Below are positions 53,883 through 62,652 of a DNA stretch of 64,000 nucleotides, piece by piece. The notes below the pieces were generated by a model. It saw only the letters and a list, made by a program, of their open reading frames with translations. It was not told where the DNA came from and made no database searches. Where the stretch lies: positions 318,327 through 382,326 of the forward strand of contig JAXMAE010000004.1 in the NCBI GenBank assembly GCA_046350495.1, given 5' to 3'. The stretch's first letter is position 1, and each line of letters begins with the position of its first letter. Origin of the DNA: Phycisphaerales bacterium. GTDB taxonomy: Bacteria > Planctomycetota > Phycisphaerae > Phycisphaerales > SM1A02. The translations under genes and the position numbers were made by a program.

Positions 53883-55496
53883 ATGCGCCGATCCGATCTC
53901 CGCCCAACCTTCCGCGACATCTCCCGGCGACTGGGAGTGGCGGCGCTCGCGCTCGTCGCGCTGGCGACGCCGATCGCGACGGCGGCGGATGATCCGCCAA
54001 CCCCGCCGACCCCGCCCGCGCCGCCGACTGAACCAACGCCCGCGCCGGCACCGGCGCCGCCACCCGCAGGCGAGCCGCAGGCCCCGCCGACGCCGACCCC
54101 GACGGCGCCGCCGAGCGAACCGTCCCCACAGGACACCACGCCACCGAAGGCGCCGGCAGCGAGCGGCAAGCCGCGCCGCGTCCACGTCATCGAAGACCGC
54201 TTCCACGAATTCAGCGGCGTCGTCCGCGCCGAGGAAGACGACTACGTCGTCCTCGAAACCAACGGCAAGCTGAAGCCCTTCTTCCGCTCGCGCGTGCTCG
54301 AGGTCATCGAACTGGTCGATCCCGAGCCGGGGCAGCCCGGCGTGATCACCATGCGCGACGGCACGACCTACAGCGGCACCATCATCGCGGACACGTTCGA
54401 CTACGCCGAGATCGAGATCCAGGGCATCCGGCAGAAGCTCCCGCGCAAGGACGTCCACTACGTGACGTTGACCTTGACGCCGCGCCAGTTCTACGAGAAG
54501 GCGCGCAAGGAGATCCCGCACGACCACTACACCGATCGCCTGCGACTCGCGCAGTACCTCTACAACAAGCAGATGTACGCCGAGTCGCGCGAGGAAGTCG
54601 TGTCGATCCTCGAGTCGGTCGAGCTCCACGAGGCCAAGGAGTTGCTGCGGGCGATCGACGCGCAGCTCGCGCTCAGCGCGACAAAGCCCGCGACGCTGGC
54701 ACCGGAGAAGGACGAGCCGCGCACGCCGCGCGACGACGAGGGCGACAACGAGCGTCGGTCGGGCCCGGTCACGATGAAGGACACGTTGCCGTCGCGGCTC
54801 CTCTCGGCCGAGGACGTCAACCTGATCCGGGTCTACGAACTCGACTTCCGCCGGCAGCCGAAGGTGATCATCACTTCCGACCTGATTCGGGAGATGCTCG
54901 AGAAGTACTCCGACAGCAAGCTCATCCCGGAGGACGCGGACGAGCGCAACGCGCTCTTCCGCGCCGAGCCGATGAAGATCGTGCGACTCCTCTTCGACCT
55001 CAAGGCCCGCGATCTCTATCCGCAGATCCAGGTGACCGCCGAGCCGTACGCCCTGAACCTCTTCCGGCAGCGCGTGCACAACTCGTGGCTCATCGGCAAC
55101 TGCGCGACGAGCCGCTGCCACGGCGGCGTCGACGCCGGCAGGTTCTTCCTCCACAACCGCAACTACAAGAGCGCCGAAGTCCGCTACACCAACCTGCTCA
55201 TCCTCGATCGCCTCAAGCTCGACGGACTGCCGCCGCTCATCGACTGGGATCACCCGCGCGACAGCCTCATCATCCAGTACGGGCTGCCGCGCGCCGAATC
55301 GCGGCATCCACACCCCGAGGTCGAGGGTTGGAAGCCAATCTTCGTCCCGGCGAACAAGCGCATGCTCGAGGACTTCGACGAGTGGGTGCGGGCGATGTAC
55401 CACCCGCGTCCGGACTATCCGGTGGACTACGAACCGCCCGATCTCCACGCGCCGGATCGGCCGTCGGCCGCCGACGGACCGCGCGTGCCGCGGTAG
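53883..55496 (+). CDS. secreted hypothetical protein with a Pro-rich linker (first gene of a co-directional exported-protein cluster)
   Basis: Lies within ORF 52854..55496(+). The ATG at 53883 gives the signal peptide ...LALVALATPIATAAD. An about 70-aa PT/PA-rich linker follows, then a globular region. No family was recognised. It contains a NCATSRCHGG motif. Confidence 0.6.
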   Translation: MRRSDLRPTFRDISRRLGVAALALVALATPIATAADDPPTPPTPPAPPTEPTPAPAPAPPPAGEPQAPPTPTPTAPPSEPSPQDTTPPKAPAASGKPRRVHVIEDRFHEFSGVVRAEEDDYVVLETNGKLKPFFRSRVLEVIELVDPEPGQPGVITMRDGTTYSGTIIADTFDYAEIEIQGIRQKLPRKDVHYVTLTLTPRQFYEKARKEIPHDHYTDRLRLAQYLYNKQMYAESREEVVSILESVELHEAKELLRAIDAQLALSATKPATLAPEKDEPRTPRDDEGDNERRSGPVTMKDTLPSRLLSAEDVNLIRVYELDFRRQPKVIITSDLIREMLEKYSDSKLIPEDADERNALFRAEPMKIVRLLFDLKARDLYPQIQVTAEPYALNLFRQRVHNSWLIGNCATSRCHGGVDAGRFFLHNRNYKSAEVRYTNLLILDRLKLDGLPPLIDWDHPRDSLIIQYGLPRAESRHPHPEVEGWKPIFVPANKRMLEDFDEWVRAMYHPRPDYPVDYEPPDLHAPDRPSAADGPRVPR

Positions 55497-55663
55497 CCGA
55501 GATGAACGCGCACTCCGGTCGGCGTTGGCCGAGGTGCATCGTTCGCGGGTCGCGAGCGACTGAACCGCTCGGGCTTCCTGTACACTTCCGCTCCTTCGAT
55601 CCCCGTCCCGGGCGAGTCCTCTTTCGCGCGGGCCGATGGCGGTCGTGACGAGGTTGATCACGC

Positions 55664-57664
55664 ATGACGATTCGCTTCCGCTCGTCCCCGATTCCGACCG
55701 GCGCCACGCTTCTGTCGCTCCTCTGCACGGCGAGTGTCCTGCCGCTGCACGGATGCAAGGACGCCAACGTCGAAGCGCAAGTCGCAGCCGCGAAGGACCT
55801 CCGCGAAGAAACGCGGGCGTTCGTCGCTGCTGCGGAATCGGTCACCGTCCTCAACCGCGAGAAGAAGGCCGGCGAGTTCGGCAGCATCGCGGGCAAGACC
55901 TCGTCGCTGGGGACGACCGCCACCACGAAGTCCGCCGCCGGCGTGCTTTCCTCGGTCATGGCCTCGAGCGCCGCCGCGCTGTACGCGTCGACGACCCGCG
56001 AACTCGAACTCGCCGCTGACCGCGCCCGCACGCTCATCGCCGCCGCGTCCGATTCGGCCGCCATGCTGCAGACGATCGCCGAGGCGCAGTCGAAGCTCTC
56101 GCTCGGTGACGACCGCGAGTTCCTGAAGAAGGCGAAGGCCGCCGCCGAGGGCTCGCTCAAGGGACTGCAGGCGAAGGTGAAGGAACTCGAGGATCCGATC
56201 AACCAATTGAAGTCGTCGGTCGCCGCGCGCCGCGACAAGCTCGCGCAGATGCAGCAGCAGGCCGCCGATCTCCGACGCGAGGCGCTTGCGACGAACGCGA
56301 TCGCCGCGTTCCCGAAGGTCGAGGAGTCGGCGACGATTCGCGAGAACGCGGCGCTCCTGCGCGGTTCGATCGCGCTCGACGAGTCACAGCTCTTTGCGCT
56401 CCAGCCCGAATTGGATCACGCGAACGGCGCGCTGAGCGCCGCGCAAGCGATTTCGACCGCGGCGGACTCCGCCCTCGCGGCGCTCGAGAACTTCTCGACG
56501 CAGCTCAAGTCCGACGCGAGCGGCCTGACGAAGGCCGCCGACGATCTGCGTGCGAGCGTGCAGGCCGCGATCGACGCGCTGAACGCGCAATCGACCGGCC
56601 CGCTGAACGAGGCGTACGAGAAGGCGACCGCGATGTACGCGAAGGCTCGCGACGACGGCGGCCGCGCCGGCGCGACCGGCGCCAACGAGACCAAGGTCAC
56701 GGCGAACGCCGCCCTCGGCGATCTCGCGTGGCAGCAGGTCGTCGGCATCGATGCGCAGATCGCGCTGCATCAGCGGCTCGCCGCGGCGGGTTCGCTGTTC
56801 GGGGGCGAGGCGAAGCAGAAGGAGGCGATCGACGCGCTGAAGGCGAAGCGCGAGACGCTCGTCACCGCCGCGAAGGAGAGCTACGGCGCAGCGCTGGAAA
56901 CGATCGGCTCGATGAACGGCGAGTCCCCCGCCGTGGCTCGCACCCGTTCGGCCATCGAGGCCTCGGTTGCCCGCGTGGAAGGTCGCGCACCGGCGCCCGC
57001 CGCGGACGCCGCGTCGGCGGCGAAGAGCCGTCCGTTCGGCGCCGGAGCGCCTTCGGGGGCGCCGACCGCAGCCGCTGGCCCGCTCGTCGGCGTCGGGAGC
57101 GGCTTCGGCTCGAAGGACGATCTCGTCGCCGCGTTCCTCGGCGCAGGCACCAACATGGACAAGGGGATCGAGCTCGCCAAACAGGGCTTTGCGTTCTCCT
57201 CCGACGGCAGTCGTGCCATGTTCTCGGCCAGCATGTCGATGGTCGACGGCATCATGCCGATGTTGAAGGCCGCCAAGGAGAAGTTCGGCGACGCAGCGCT
57301 GGCGAGCATCGGCCAAGCCGCAGGCAACAGCAACCCGCTCGGCGGCGCGTTCGAGAAGATCGAGCAAGGCGGCAAGACGTTCATGCGGACGAATTCGCAG
57401 GGTCGCCAGGTCGACCTCGAGCTCGTCGAGATCAACGGCGCGTGGTTCGCGAACGGCGAGGGCTTGTTCGCGGGTATCGACCCGGCGCAACTGGCGATGG
57501 CCCAGCAGGCCATGGCTGCGATGGGTCCGATGAAGGCCGCAATGAAGGCGGCAGCCGACGCCGTCGCGCAACAGATTCAGAGCGGCGCGATCTCCAGCGC
57601 CGACCAAGTCATGCCCGCGTTCCAGCAGGCGATGATGAAGGCGATGCAGGGCGGCGGCAAGTGA
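55664..57664 (+). CDS. Ala-rich coiled-coil lipoprotein (666 aa)
   Basis: ORF 55664..57664(+). The lipobox is ...ASVLPLHGC. Long helical Ala/Gln/Lys/Glu-rich stretches follow. The C-terminus is Met/Ala-rich. No family was recognised. Confidence 0.6.
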   Translation: MTIRFRSSPIPTGATLLSLLCTASVLPLHGCKDANVEAQVAAAKDLREETRAFVAAAESVTVLNREKKAGEFGSIAGKTSSLGTTATTKSAAGVLSSVMASSAAALYASTTRELELAADRARTLIAAASDSAAMLQTIAEAQSKLSLGDDREFLKKAKAAAEGSLKGLQAKVKELEDPINQLKSSVAARRDKLAQMQQQAADLRREALATNAIAAFPKVEESATIRENAALLRGSIALDESQLFALQPELDHANGALSAAQAISTAADSALAALENFSTQLKSDASGLTKAADDLRASVQAAIDALNAQSTGPLNEAYEKATAMYAKARDDGGRAGATGANETKVTANAALGDLAWQQVVGIDAQIALHQRLAAAGSLFGGEAKQKEAIDALKAKRETLVTAAKESYGAALETIGSMNGESPAVARTRSAIEASVARVEGRAPAPAADAASAAKSRPFGAGAPSGAPTAAAGPLVGVGSGFGSKDDLVAAFLGAGTNMDKGIELAKQGFAFSSDGSRAMFSASMSMVDGIMPMLKAAKEKFGDAALASIGQAAGNSNPLGGAFEKIEQGGKTFMRTNSQGRQVDLELVEINGAWFANGEGLFAGIDPAQLAMAQQAMAAMGPMKAAMKAAADAVAQQIQSGAISSADQVMPAFQQAMMKAMQGGGK

Positions 57665-57744
57665 CGTAACGCCGCGCGACGCTGCGCGGCGACGCATTCG
57701 TCCGGCGAACCAAACGCTCCGTCGGCGGCCATCGAGGACGCACC

Positions 57745-58209
57745 GTGCCGAAGCCTCCGCCGCCACCACCGCCGCCCCCAGCGCCAAGCGCTCCCCCGCC
57801 CCCACCGGCGGACCGGCGGCGCGGCGCGGCGCGATTCGATTCGTCGGCTCGCGCCGATCGGCTGGCCACGACGACGAACTGGGTCATCGGCTTCAAGGCC
57901 GTCTTCGTCATTGGCTCGGGCATCATCATCGCGCTCCTCGGGCCGTTCGCGCTCGGACAAGTACGGGGCATCGCCAGCGAGCACGGCACCAAGGTCAGTG
58001 CGATTGCGGTTCCCTTCCTGAACTATCCATGGCTGCTGTCGATCCTCTGCCTGCCTGCCATCGCCGCGGGCGTCTGGGCCTTGGTTGACCGCCGCCGCCG
58101 CTGGATCGCGATCACCTTGGCCACCCTGATCATGCTCGCGGCGGTCCTGATCGTGCTCTTGGCACTCGTCTCGGCGATCGCTCCGCTGTATCAATCATCC
58201 TCCCTCTAG
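57745..58209 (+). CDS. small membrane protein with an N-terminal polyproline tract
   Basis: ORF 57745..58209(+), GTG start. The N-terminus is PKPPPPPPPPPPAPSAPPPPP, followed by 3-4 hydrophobic segments. The start codon is uncertain. Confidence 0.45.
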   Translation: MPKPPPPPPPPPAPSAPPPPPADRRRGAARFDSSARADRLATTTNWVIGFKAVFVIGSGIIIALLGPFALGQVRGIASEHGTKVSAIAVPFLNYPWLLSILCLPAIAAGVWALVDRRRRWIAITLATLIMLAAVLIVLLALVSAIAPLYQSSSL

Positions 58210-58352
58210 GACGAAAGTCGGAGTCGAGTGGATGCGGTGCTCGCACGCCGTTGGCGTGGGGTCTCGTGAAATTCGCAACATTCGGGCGAGCTTTCTCTGG
58301 AGGCTCGCTCCCGTTTTCGTATTGCCTGTACCCGCCCGAGGAGGAAGTGCCC

Positions 58353-59492
58353 ATGCGACGACGAGGCAAGCGAGACAAGGCCCGATTTCACGACGCCCGG
58401 AGGCAACGCGCCCCCAAAGGATTCACACTGGGCGAGACGATCGTCACGCTGGTGATCGTCGTGTTGCTCGTCGCCGCCTTCGTGCCGATGGTGCGCACGC
58501 TCGGCTCGGGCGGGCTTCGCACCGTCAGCCTGAAGAACCTCGTGGTCCTCGGTGAGGCCCAGGCGTGCTACGCCGCGGATTGGCACGAGCGGCAATTCTC
58601 GATGGCGCCGAAGGATCTCGGCACCGTCAACGGGAACTGCTTCACCTACGTCAGCTCGGTGGTCTGTCCGAACCAAGCCCTGCTCGGGTGGAGCGTTTCC
58701 GGCGCGATGTGGGGCTACTTCATCGGCTCGGGCCTGTGCGTCTCGTTCCCCGGCAACTGCTCGAACCTGATGGTCTATCGCCCGATCAGTTTCGGCGGGT
58801 CGGAACCCGGTTTCGGATGCTTCCGCATTCCGAGTTTCCGCGGCTTTCAGGAGTACGTGGGCAGCAAGTTCTACGAGCGCGAGTGGTATAGCGAACTCGA
58901 TAGCGTGACGTGGAGCGTCGCGTCGACCTACTTCCCCGCGCCTGACCAGTTCACCAGCAGCGGAGGGACGATCGCGTTCCCGGCATACTGCACGTCGCCC
59001 GCCGCGCTCTACAACCCGGGGGTCTTCCGACGACCGTCGTTGGGCGGATTCCAGAACCCCGACGCCGACTTCGACGACAGCTACGACGCGCCGTCGCAAG
59101 CGCAGTGCTTGTATCCCGACCTGAAGACGCGCATGGTCGAGCACAGTTGGCTGGTCAACCCGCCGGCCGCGACCAACCCCGCGTGGAGCGAGCCCGAGCC
59201 CTACTACTTCAACCAAGGCATCGCCTCGAAGCCCGGGTGCCTCTTCTTCGACGGCTCGATCGCTGAGATGACCATGACGCAAGCCGTCGCCGACGACGCG
59301 TCGATGCTGAAGAGCACCAACGGGATAGACGGCCTGTGGAGTCGCGACACGCCGTTCGGCGCCGACGGCTATTTCGGCGCGCAAGCGTTCGACGACACCC
59401 GCAACTCGTTCCACATCCTCACCACCGACGGCATCACCGGTCGCGACTTCCTCCGTCGCGGACGCAACGGGCGCCAGGGAGGCCAGCCATGA
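58353..59492 (+). CDS. prepilin-type N-terminal cleavage/methylation-domain protein, Cys-rich, DUF1559-like (pseudopilin-like paralog 1)
   Basis: Lies within ORF 58251..59492(+). The ATG at 58353 follows GAGGAGGA. The N-terminus is ...RAPKGFTLGETIVTLVIVVLLVAAFVP, with G/F cleavage site and E at +5. It has about 11 Cys. The C-terminal segments are ...LFFDGSIAEM... and ...FHILTTDGITGRDF. Confidence 0.7.
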   Translation: MRRRGKRDKARFHDARRQRAPKGFTLGETIVTLVIVVLLVAAFVPMVRTLGSGGLRTVSLKNLVVLGEAQACYAADWHERQFSMAPKDLGTVNGNCFTYVSSVVCPNQALLGWSVSGAMWGYFIGSGLCVSFPGNCSNLMVYRPISFGGSEPGFGCFRIPSFRGFQEYVGSKFYEREWYSELDSVTWSVASTYFPAPDQFTSSGGTIAFPAYCTSPAALYNPGVFRRPSLGGFQNPDADFDDSYDAPSQAQCLYPDLKTRMVEHSWLVNPPAATNPAWSEPEPYYFNQGIASKPGCLFFDGSIAEMTMTQAVADDASMLKSTNGIDGLWSRDTPFGADGYFGAQAFDDTRNSFHILTTDGITGRDFLRRGRNGRQGGQP

Positions 59493-60568
59493 ACCATCGC
59501 ACGTTCGATCGCCCCGCGTCGAACCGCGCACCGGTTGGTCGCCGAGGCGTCACGCTGCTCGAAGTCTGCATCGTGGTGGCGCTCGCGATCATCCTTGCGG
59601 CCATCTCCATTCCGGCGCTCGCGACCGTCGGCTGCTCGTCGATGCGGACTCGATCTCGACAGAACCTCGCCGCGCTGGCGCGAGCCCACACCGCGTACGC
59701 CGCCGACTGGACCAACCGTCAATTCACCATGGTGCCGGACGACGTCGGAGCGTTTGGCGGCTGCGGCGGCTACATATCCGCGGGCAACTGCATCACGGGG
59801 GCGTCGCTCGGTACCAACTGCAACGGCCTCAATATCGAGTTCACCGTCGGCTGCGCGGGCAACGCCAACTGCGGCAACTTCGACTATGTAAACCCGATCG
59901 CCTTCAGCGGCGCAAATGTCACGTTCGGCGCCTACCGCATCCCCAACGCGGCCGGCTTCCAACCATACGTGGACGGCCGCTTCTACTCGCCGACCTTCTA
60001 CGCGCCCGACGATGCCGCGATCATCGGCAGCGTCGAACCGTATTTCGCGAGTCGCTGCAGCTACGCCGGAGTGGCGAGCGCGCCGGTGTGGTCGAGCTAC
60101 GCGTATTCCCCTTCCGCGATGCTCGGACTCGGCGTTCTCACGCGGCAGGCGGGCTACAAGAATCCAAACACGCTAGCGACCGGCTACGCGAGCCCGCCAA
60201 TCACGGCGGCGGTCTATCCGAGCCTCAAGACGCAGATCATGGAGTTCCGCGCGATCGAGGGACAGTGCGCGCCGTGGGATACGCCTTGCGACTCGTATCA
60301 ATTCAACCAACTCTATGAGGCCCGGCCCCTCGGTCTCATGTTTGACGGCTCGGTCCGCATCGTCTCGCCGCGCGAGGCGATGGAGAGCGACCAGCGAGTC
60401 AAGGTCACATCGTCGTCTCAGTTCCTCATCGAGAAGGGACTCTGGGTTCGCAACACGCCGCTCGGCCCAAACGGGGTGGGCGGCGCGCAGGCCTACGACT
60501 TCCTCGTCGACACCAGTTACCACTTCCTGACCGGCGACGGCATCGCCGGGCGCGACGTAGTGGAGTAA
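59489..60568 (+). CDS. prepilin-type N-terminal cleavage/methylation-domain protein, Cys-rich (pseudopilin-like paralog 2)
   Basis: Lies within ORF 59336..60568(+). The ATG at 59489 overlaps the upstream stop (ATGA). The N-terminus ...GRRGVTLLEVCIVVALAIILAAISIP fits the class III signal pattern. Shared blocks with paralog 1 are AYAADW..RQF.M.P.D.G, FR.P...GF..YV...FY, YPSLKT/YPDLKT, FDGS and H.LT.DGI.GRD. Confidence 0.72.
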   Translation: MNHRTFDRPASNRAPVGRRGVTLLEVCIVVALAIILAAISIPALATVGCSSMRTRSRQNLAALARAHTAYAADWTNRQFTMVPDDVGAFGGCGGYISAGNCITGASLGTNCNGLNIEFTVGCAGNANCGNFDYVNPIAFSGANVTFGAYRIPNAAGFQPYVDGRFYSPTFYAPDDAAIIGSVEPYFASRCSYAGVASAPVWSSYAYSPSAMLGLGVLTRQAGYKNPNTLATGYASPPITAAVYPSLKTQIMEFRAIEGQCAPWDTPCDSYQFNQLYEARPLGLMFDGSVRIVSPREAMESDQRVKVTSSSQFLIEKGLWVRNTPLGPNGVGGAQAYDFLVDTSYHFLTGDGIAGRDVVE

Positions 60569-60596
60569 GCGTCACCGCATTTCGGGAGAAAAGAGC

Positions 60597-61232
60597 ATGT
60601 CACGAATGATGAGGGCCGGCGCGGTGCTCGCGATCGCATTTGGCGGTTCCGCTGCGGCAAACGCATCGCTCTACGTCGGCGCGGGCGGATCGCTCGTTGA
60701 CGCGAGCGACTTGCCTGGCGTCGCGAGCTTCACGATCAACGTCGGCGACGCGGGCACCGTGGGCGCGATCAACGGCATCACGCTCTCGAACCTTTCGCAC
60801 ACCTGGGTCGGCGACGTGCAGATCACGTTGACGTTGCCTGACGCGACGACCGTCTCGCTCGTCAATCGCATTGGATATACGGGCTCGCTCTTCGGCGACA
60901 GTTCCAACTACCTCGGCACGTATGCGTTTGCCGACGGAGGGGCGAACCTCTGGGAGATCGCCACCGATCCCGGTCACGGCAACACGTACAACATCGCCTC
61001 CGGGACGTACGCGGCGAGCGGCGCGGGCAGCGGCACGCCGATCAATCTCAACGCGCTCCTCGTCGGCAAGTCGATCGCGGGCGCGTGGACACTAACGATC
61101 ACCGACTACGAATCAGGCGACACCGGAAGCCTCGGCGGCTGGACGCTCGACGTCGCAGTCGTCCCGGGACCCGGAGGCGCGTGCGCGCTTGCCTTGGGCT
61201 GCGCAATGGGTCATCGACGACGGCGGCGGTGA
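60597..61232 (+). CDS. free-standing proprotein-convertase P-domain protein with a PEP-CTERM-like C-terminal sorting tail
   Basis: ORF 60597..61232(+). The signal peptide is MSRMMRAGAVLAIAFGGSAAANA. The P-domain blocks are LSHTWVGDVQITLTLPDATTVSLVNR and ...GKSIAGAWTLTITDYESGDTGSLGGWTLDV. The tail is VPGPGGACALALGCAMGHRRRRR: a P-x-P motif, a short hydrophobic span and an Arg cluster. Confidence 0.7.
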   Translation: MSRMMRAGAVLAIAFGGSAAANASLYVGAGGSLVDASDLPGVASFTINVGDAGTVGAINGITLSNLSHTWVGDVQITLTLPDATTVSLVNRIGYTGSLFGDSSNYLGTYAFADGGANLWEIATDPGHGNTYNIASGTYAASGAGSGTPINLNALLVGKSIAGAWTLTITDYESGDTGSLGGWTLDVAVVPGPGGACALALGCAMGHRRRRR

Positions 61233-61285
61233 TCGCGATCGCCCCGCCGTCGGCCTCGCTCTTCCTTGACGAGTCAGGGAGCGTC

Positions 61286-62622
61286 ATGCCCGTCAGCATT
61301 GCCCGATTCTGCGACACCGAGCCCCGCTTCGATCGGCGCCGCGGCGCCGGCAGCGCGTCGCGCGCCCGCATGCTCTGGTGGTGCTGCGTGCTCGCTTGCG
61401 TCGCGGTGTCCGCGGCCACGGCGGTCACTCCTCCCGACTCGACCTGCGCGTGGTCGAGCCTCGACGGCGCGAACGTGCTGGTGATCGGCGGGACGTTCGT
61501 GCGGGCGAATGGCGAGCCCGCGCAGAATCTCGCTGTGTGGAACGGCAGATCGCTCGCTCCGCTCATGTCCGGCGTCGTCGGCGAAGTGAAGGCGCTCGCG
61601 ACGGCGCCGGACGGCGGGCTCGTCGTCGGCGGGCAGATCGGCCGCGCCGGCGACGTCGTCACGTTCGGCGTCGCGCGGCGCCAAGGCGGCGCGTGGAGCG
61701 GGCTCGGCTCCGGTGTCGATCAGTCGAAAGCGATGACCTTGGTGAGGGGATTGGACGAGGTCGAAGTGGACGGCGTCCTTCGACTCGTCGTCGGCGGACA
61801 GTTCGAGTCGGCGGCGAGTTCGGCGTCACCGGCGACTCGACGATCAAGCATGTCGCCGCGTACACCGGCAGCGGCTGGCGGAAGCTCGGCTCGGGCGTCC
61901 CGGGACCAGTTCGCGCCCTGACGGTCTTCGACGACGGAGCCGGCCCGATGTTGTACGCGGCGGGCGCGACCACGTCGGGATTCGGATGGGTCCGGCGATG
62001 GAACGGCACCGCGTGGCTCACGATGCCGTCGGGAGCCCTCTACGAGGTTCTATCGCTCACCGTGCACGACGACGGCGCAGGTCCGCAGCTCTACATGCTC
62101 TCATTGGGAGGAGTCCTCAAGCTTGACGCCGGAGCGTGGACTCCGATCGTCGGCGGTGAGCCGCCGCTCTTCGCCGTGGACTCATGCAGCGTGCGCACGC
62201 CGCTAGGACCGCGGCTCGTCGCCGTGGGGGAAGACCTCGTTCCCGGCGCGGGCTCGAGCGCCGCTGCGACAGCGTGGAACGGCGACGAATGGACCGCGCT
62301 CGATCCGCCGATCGGCCCGCTCGCTGCAACGGCGTACGCGCCGACCGCGCAGTGCGCGACGACCATCGGACCGACGCGATCGATGTTCGTCATGGGTGGC
62401 GCGATTCCGCCGACGTGCGACCCCTCGATGCGCGGACTCGCGCTACGAATCCTCGCGGCGCCGTCCGACCTCGACGTCGACGGCGACGTCGACGCCGGTG
62501 ATCTCGCGATCCTGCTCGGCGCGTGGCTCACTGTCGGATCGTCGGCGGTCGGCGATCTCGATCGCGACGGCGTTGTCGGCGCAAGCGATCTTGCGATCCT
62601 CTTGGGCGATTGGTCCGAGTGA
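61286..62622 (+). pseudogene. beta-propeller-like repeat protein with a double dockerin-like module, interrupted by a frameshift near 61791-61824
   Basis: The N-terminal part is in the frame of ORF 61085..61921, from the ATG at 61286 or 61370 (signal MLWWCCVLACVAVSAATA). The C-terminal part is in the frame of ORF 61378..62622. The repeats ...VVGG.F......V..VA.W.G..W..LGSGV continue across the frame change. The C-terminus is DLDVDGDVDAGDLAILLGAWL...DLDRDGVVGASDLAILLGDWSE. Confidence 0.7.
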
Positions 62623-62652
62623 CGCAGGACGCGAGCGCTCGGCCTGCCGCGG

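Noticed and set aside
55085-55130. The NCATSRCHGG motif in the secreted protein at 53883..55496 as a possible heme-c (planctomycete cytochrome-like) site.
   Set aside because: The spacing is C-x4-CH, not the canonical CxxCH. It is a single occurrence, which is insufficient to call a cytochrome.
61286-61369. A possible twin-arginine signal (RFDRRRGAGS) at the N-terminus of the frameshifted propeller gene.
   Set aside because: The Arg cluster lies about 10 residues before the hydrophobic core rather than abutting it and does not fit the S/T-R-R-x-F-L-K pattern. A plain Sec signal from the ATG at 61370 explains it equally well.
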